Origin: Pseudomonas aeruginosa
GTDB lineage: Bacteria; Pseudomonadota; Gammaproteobacteria; Pseudomonadales; Pseudomonadaceae
Length of the DNA: 32,000 nt
Reading direction: 5' to 3'
Assembly (NCBI RefSeq): GCF_001457615.1
Contig: NZ_LN831024.1
Location: 5,670,001-5,702,000 of the forward strand
Each line of letters begins with the position of its first letter. Positions within the stretch are counted from its first letter, which is position 1. Positions 28,146 to 32,000 of this stretch are shown here, in pieces. The position numbers and the translations under genes were made by a program. The notes under the pieces are model-generated. The model was not told the origin of the DNA. It searched no databases and saw only the letters and a list, made by a program, of their open reading frames with translations.

Positions 28146-31100
28146 ATGCCTGCCCTCCGCTCCCTGATCGCTATTCTTTTCCTCGGCCTCTGCCTTGCCA
28201 GTCCGCCGCTCCTCGCCCAGTCCGAGCCGCCCTCGGCCGAGACCGTCCAGCAAAGCCTCGACAAGCTGGCCGAGCGCAAGCTCGCCGAAGCCGACCAGAA
28301 GGTCGCCAAGGCCAGCCTCGAACAGACCCTCAAGTTCCTCGCCGCGCGCGACGAAGCGCTGCAGAGCCTGGAGGACCTGAAAAAGCGCCTGAGCGACGCG
28401 CCCCGGCAGATCGAGGAAAACCAGCGCGAACTGGAGCGCCTGAAGAAGACCAAAGAACGTCCGGTCAGCGAACGCTACAGCGGCGAGAGCGCGGCCCGCC
28501 TGGAAATGCTGCTCAACGACCGCACCACCCAGCAGGCCGAGTGGCAGAAGGCCCTGGGCGAGGCCAACAGCCTGTCGATCACCGCCGAGACCCGTCCGGA
28601 ACGAGCCCAGGCCGGCATCAGCAGCATGCAGGCACGGATCCTGGAAATCGGCTCGCTGCTCAAGGCCGGCAAGGAAAGCAGCAAGACGATCAACGCCGAC
28701 CGTCGCGGTGAGCTGCTCGCCGAGCAGGCCGCATTGACCGTGCAGAGCCAGCTGTTGCGCCAGGAGCTGGCCGGCAACAACCTGCTGCAGGACCTCGGCA
28801 AGAGCCAGCACGATCTGCTCACCGAGAAGATCTCGCGCCTGGAAAAGGAAACCCTCGACCTGCAGGCGCTGATCAGCGAGAAGCGCCGCGAGCAGTCGGA
28901 AAAGACCGTCGCCGAGCTGTCCAAGGAAGGCGCCCAGGGGGCCGGCACCGACAGCCTGCTGAGCCAGGAGAACGCCAAGAACCTGCGTCTCTCCGACTAC
29001 CTCCTGCGTGCCACCGACCGCCTCAACGTGCTCACCCGGCGCAACCTCGAGACCAAGCAGCAACTGGACAACCTGACCCAGTCCAACCAGGCCCTCGAGG
29101 AACAGATCAACGTCCTGCGCGGCAGCCTGCTGCTGTCGCGCATCCTCTACAAGCAGAAACAGGCGCTGCCCAAGATCAAGGCCGACCAGAGCCTGGCCGA
29201 CGAGATCGCCGACCTGCGCCTCGGCCAGTTCGAACTGAACCAGGAACGCGACAAGCTGGCGACCCCGCAGCAATACCTGGACGACCTGCTCGCCCAGCAG
29301 CCCAGCGAGCAGGTCACGCCGGAACTGCGCAAGGATCTCGACACCCTGTTGGCAACCCGTTCCGAGTTGCTCGAACGGCTCAACCACGAACTCAACGCGC
29401 TGCTCAACGAAGCGATCACCTTGCAGTTGAACCAGAAACAGTTGCTTTCCACCAGCGAGAGCCTGCGCACCACCCTCGACGAGCAGATGTTCTGGATTCC
29501 CAGCAACCAGCCGCTCGACCTGTCCTGGTTCAAGATGACCCCGACCCTGCTGAAGAACCAGCTCACCGAGATCCCCTGGGGCTCCGGGGTGCGTGAACTG
29601 GGCGAAGGCCTGGTCGATCGGCCGCTGCTGTTCCTGCCGCTGTTCCTGCTGATCGCCGCGCTGCTGTGGAAACGCCGCTACCTGTACGACAAGCTGGCGG
29701 AGCTGAACGACGACATCGGCCACTTCAAGCGCGACAGCCAGCTGCATACCCCGCTGGCGATCCTGATCACCATCCTCCTCGCCCTGCCCGGCACCCTGAC
29801 CTTCGCCGTCGCCGGGCTGGCCCTGCTGCTGGACGCCCGCGGCCAGAACGCCACCCTTGGCAGCGCCCTGCTGGAAATGGCCCAGGTCTGGCTGCTGTTC
29901 TACACCGCCCATCGCATCCTCACCCCGGGCGGCATCGCCGAGCGGCATTTCCACTGGAGCCGCGAACAGGTCGGCTTCCTCGACCGGCACCTGGTCCGCC
30001 TCGGCGTTGTGGTCCTGGCGCTGGTCGGCGTGGTGACGGTGGCCGAGCACCAGCCGGCGAGTCTGGCCGACGACGTGATCGGCATCGCCGTGGTCCTGCT
30101 CGGCTACGCGGCCATGGCCTGGCTGCTCAGCCGCCTGCTGTTCAGCAGCCCCGGCGACGAACGTCCGTCGCTGATCAAGATGATCGTCGGCATCCTCTTC
30201 ACCGCGCTGCCGCTGGTGCTCTTCGTCGCGGTCTGCTTCGGCTACTACTACACCTCGCTGAAGCTCACCGACCGTCTCATCGATACCCTTTACCTGCTGC
30301 TGCTCTGGTTCGTCATCGAAGCCGCCTTCGTCCGCGGCCTGGGCGTGGCGGCCCGGCGCCTGGCCTACGCCCGGGCCCTGGCGAAACGGCAGAACGCGGC
30401 GAAGGAAGGCGTCGACGGCGAGACCAACGTCGAGGAGCCGACCCTCGGCATCGAGCAGATCAACCAGCAATCGCTGCGGCTGATCCGCCTGGCCCTGCTG
30501 ATCGGCTTCATCGTCTGCCTGTACTGGGTCTGGGCCGACCTGATCAGCGTGATCTCCTACCTCGACAACGTCACCCTGTACCAGTACACCGCCGGCACCG
30601 GCGAAGCGGCCACCAGCGTGCCGATCAGCCTGCGCGACTTCCTCGCGGCGCTGGCCATCGCGGTGGTCACCGTGGCCTTGGCGCGCAACCTGCCCGGCCT
30701 GCTGGAAGTCCTGGTACTGCAGCGCCTGACCCTGGCCCAGGGCAGCGCCTACGCCACCACCACCCTGCTTTCCTACGCCATCAGCGGCATCGGCATCGTC
30801 AGCGCCCTGTCTACCCTCGGGGTCAGCTGGGACAAGCTGCAATGGCTGGTGGCGGCGCTCTCGGTAGGCCTCGGTTTCGGCCTGCAGGCGATCTTCTCCA
30901 ACTTCGTCTCCGGCCTGATCATCCTCTTCGAGCGTCCGGTACGAATCGGCGACGTGGTGACCATCGGCAACCTGTCCGGCACGGTCAGCCGGATCCGCAT
31001 CCGCGCCACCACCATCACCGATTTCGACCGCAAGGAGATCATCGTCCCGAACCAGACCTTCATCACCGGGCAACTGGTGAACTGGTCGCTGAGCGATACC

Positions 31101-31502
31101 GTGACCCGGGTCACCATCAAGATCGGCCTGGCCTACGAGACCGACCTGCCGCTGGCGCGCAAGCTGATGATGCAGGCGGTCAAGGAAAACCCGCGGGTAC
31201 TGCGCGACCCGGAGCCGCTGCTGTACTTCCTGACCATCAGCGCCAGTACCTTCGACTACGAGCTGCGCTTCCACGTCCGCGAACTGGGCGACCGCAATCC
31301 CTCTACCGACGAGATCCTGACGAAGATCGCCACCAGCTTCCGCGAACACAAGATCGACATGGCTTTCAACCAGGTCGATGTGTTCGTCAAGAACCTCCAG
31401 GGCCAGCAGGTCCAGCTGTTCGTCGGCGAGCCGCAGCACAGCGGCGTCGGCAATCCGCCCGCGCTCAAGGGCCAGGACGGTCCCGCCGAACCGACCCGCT
31501 GA
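28146..31502 (+). CDS. MscK/KefA-type mechanosensitive channel (large MscS-family protein)
   Basis: 1118-aa ORF. It has a signal peptide (LCLASPPLLAQS), a long coiled-coil periplasmic domain and multiple TM segments. The MscS core is VRIGDVVTIGNLSGTVSRIRIRATTITDFDRKEIIVPNQTFITGQLVNWS. Confidence 0.88.
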   Translation: MPALRSLIAILFLGLCLASPPLLAQSEPPSAETVQQSLDKLAERKLAEADQKVAKASLEQTLKFLAARDEALQSLEDLKKRLSDAPRQIEENQRELERLKKTKERPVSERYSGESAARLEMLLNDRTTQQAEWQKALGEANSLSITAETRPERAQAGISSMQARILEIGSLLKAGKESSKTINADRRGELLAEQAALTVQSQLLRQELAGNNLLQDLGKSQHDLLTEKISRLEKETLDLQALISEKRREQSEKTVAELSKEGAQGAGTDSLLSQENAKNLRLSDYLLRATDRLNVLTRRNLETKQQLDNLTQSNQALEEQINVLRGSLLLSRILYKQKQALPKIKADQSLADEIADLRLGQFELNQERDKLATPQQYLDDLLAQQPSEQVTPELRKDLDTLLATRSELLERLNHELNALLNEAITLQLNQKQLLSTSESLRTTLDEQMFWIPSNQPLDLSWFKMTPTLLKNQLTEIPWGSGVRELGEGLVDRPLLFLPLFLLIAALLWKRRYLYDKLAELNDDIGHFKRDSQLHTPLAILITILLALPGTLTFAVAGLALLLDARGQNATLGSALLEMAQVWLLFYTAHRILTPGGIAERHFHWSREQVGFLDRHLVRLGVVVLALVGVVTVAEHQPASLADDVIGIAVVLLGYAAMAWLLSRLLFSSPGDERPSLIKMIVGILFTALPLVLFVAVCFGYYYTSLKLTDRLIDTLYLLLLWFVIEAAFVRGLGVAARRLAYARALAKRQNAAKEGVDGETNVEEPTLGIEQINQQSLRLIRLALLIGFIVCLYWVWADLISVISYLDNVTLYQYTAGTGEAATSVPISLRDFLAALAIAVVTVALARNLPGLLEVLVLQRLTLAQGSAYATTTLLSYAISGIGIVSALSTLGVSWDKLQWLVAALSVGLGFGLQAIFSNFVSGLIILFERPVRIGDVVTIGNLSGTVSRIRIRATTITDFDRKEIIVPNQTFITGQLVNWSLSDTVTRVTIKIGLAYETDLPLARKLMMQAVKENPRVLRDPEPLLYFLTISASTFDYELRFHVRELGDRNPSTDEILTKIATSFREHKIDMAFNQVDVFVKNLQGQQVQLFVGEPQHSGVGNPPALKGQDGPAEPTR

Positions 31503-32000
<498 letters not shown>

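Noticed and set aside
28107-31439. 1110-aa ORF on the minus strand across the mscK-like locus
   Set aside because: It is antisense to a gene with a clear signal peptide, TM segments and MscS core. The sequence is low-complexity (Q/L/G/A/D/V-rich), so it is a GC-skewed codon artefact.

Overview
By gene recognition this high-GC window looks like Pseudomonas aeruginosa core chromosome, collinear with the PAO1 PA5003-PA5023 neighbourhood. I cannot run a search to confirm that. Left third, minus strand: the LPS inner-core operon waaF-waaC-waaG-waaP-wapP-wapQ-PA5006-like, then wapO, wapH and a partial PA5003-like gene. ilvE and glnE lie upstream on the same strand. Centre, plus strand: aceE-aceF (pyruvate dehydrogenase E1/E2), the c-di-GMP phosphodiesterase dipA and msrA. 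Right third: rlmJ (minus), then on the plus strand a long acyl-CoA dehydrogenase, a CvrA/NhaP2-type K+/H+ antiporter, an MscK/KefA-type mechanosensitive channel and the 5' end of selO. I see no tRNA/rRNA, CRISPR array, IS element, transposase, integrase, phage gene or defence-like gene, so I do not claim a novel system. This is housekeeping and envelope DNA. The points most worth a second look are: (1) an apparent 1-nt frameshift splitting the N-terminus of dipA; (2) four tandem WaaP-type kinase-fold genes, one a two-domain fusion and one lacking the catalytic Asp; (3) twin 15-bp palindromes in an AT-rich patch upstream of aceE; (4) a perfect 15-bp hairpin that buries the selO Shine-Dalgarno; (5) ACGTAA direct repeats with 13-bp spacing upstream of two unrelated genes. 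The many long ORFs antisense to real genes are treated as high-GC artefacts.
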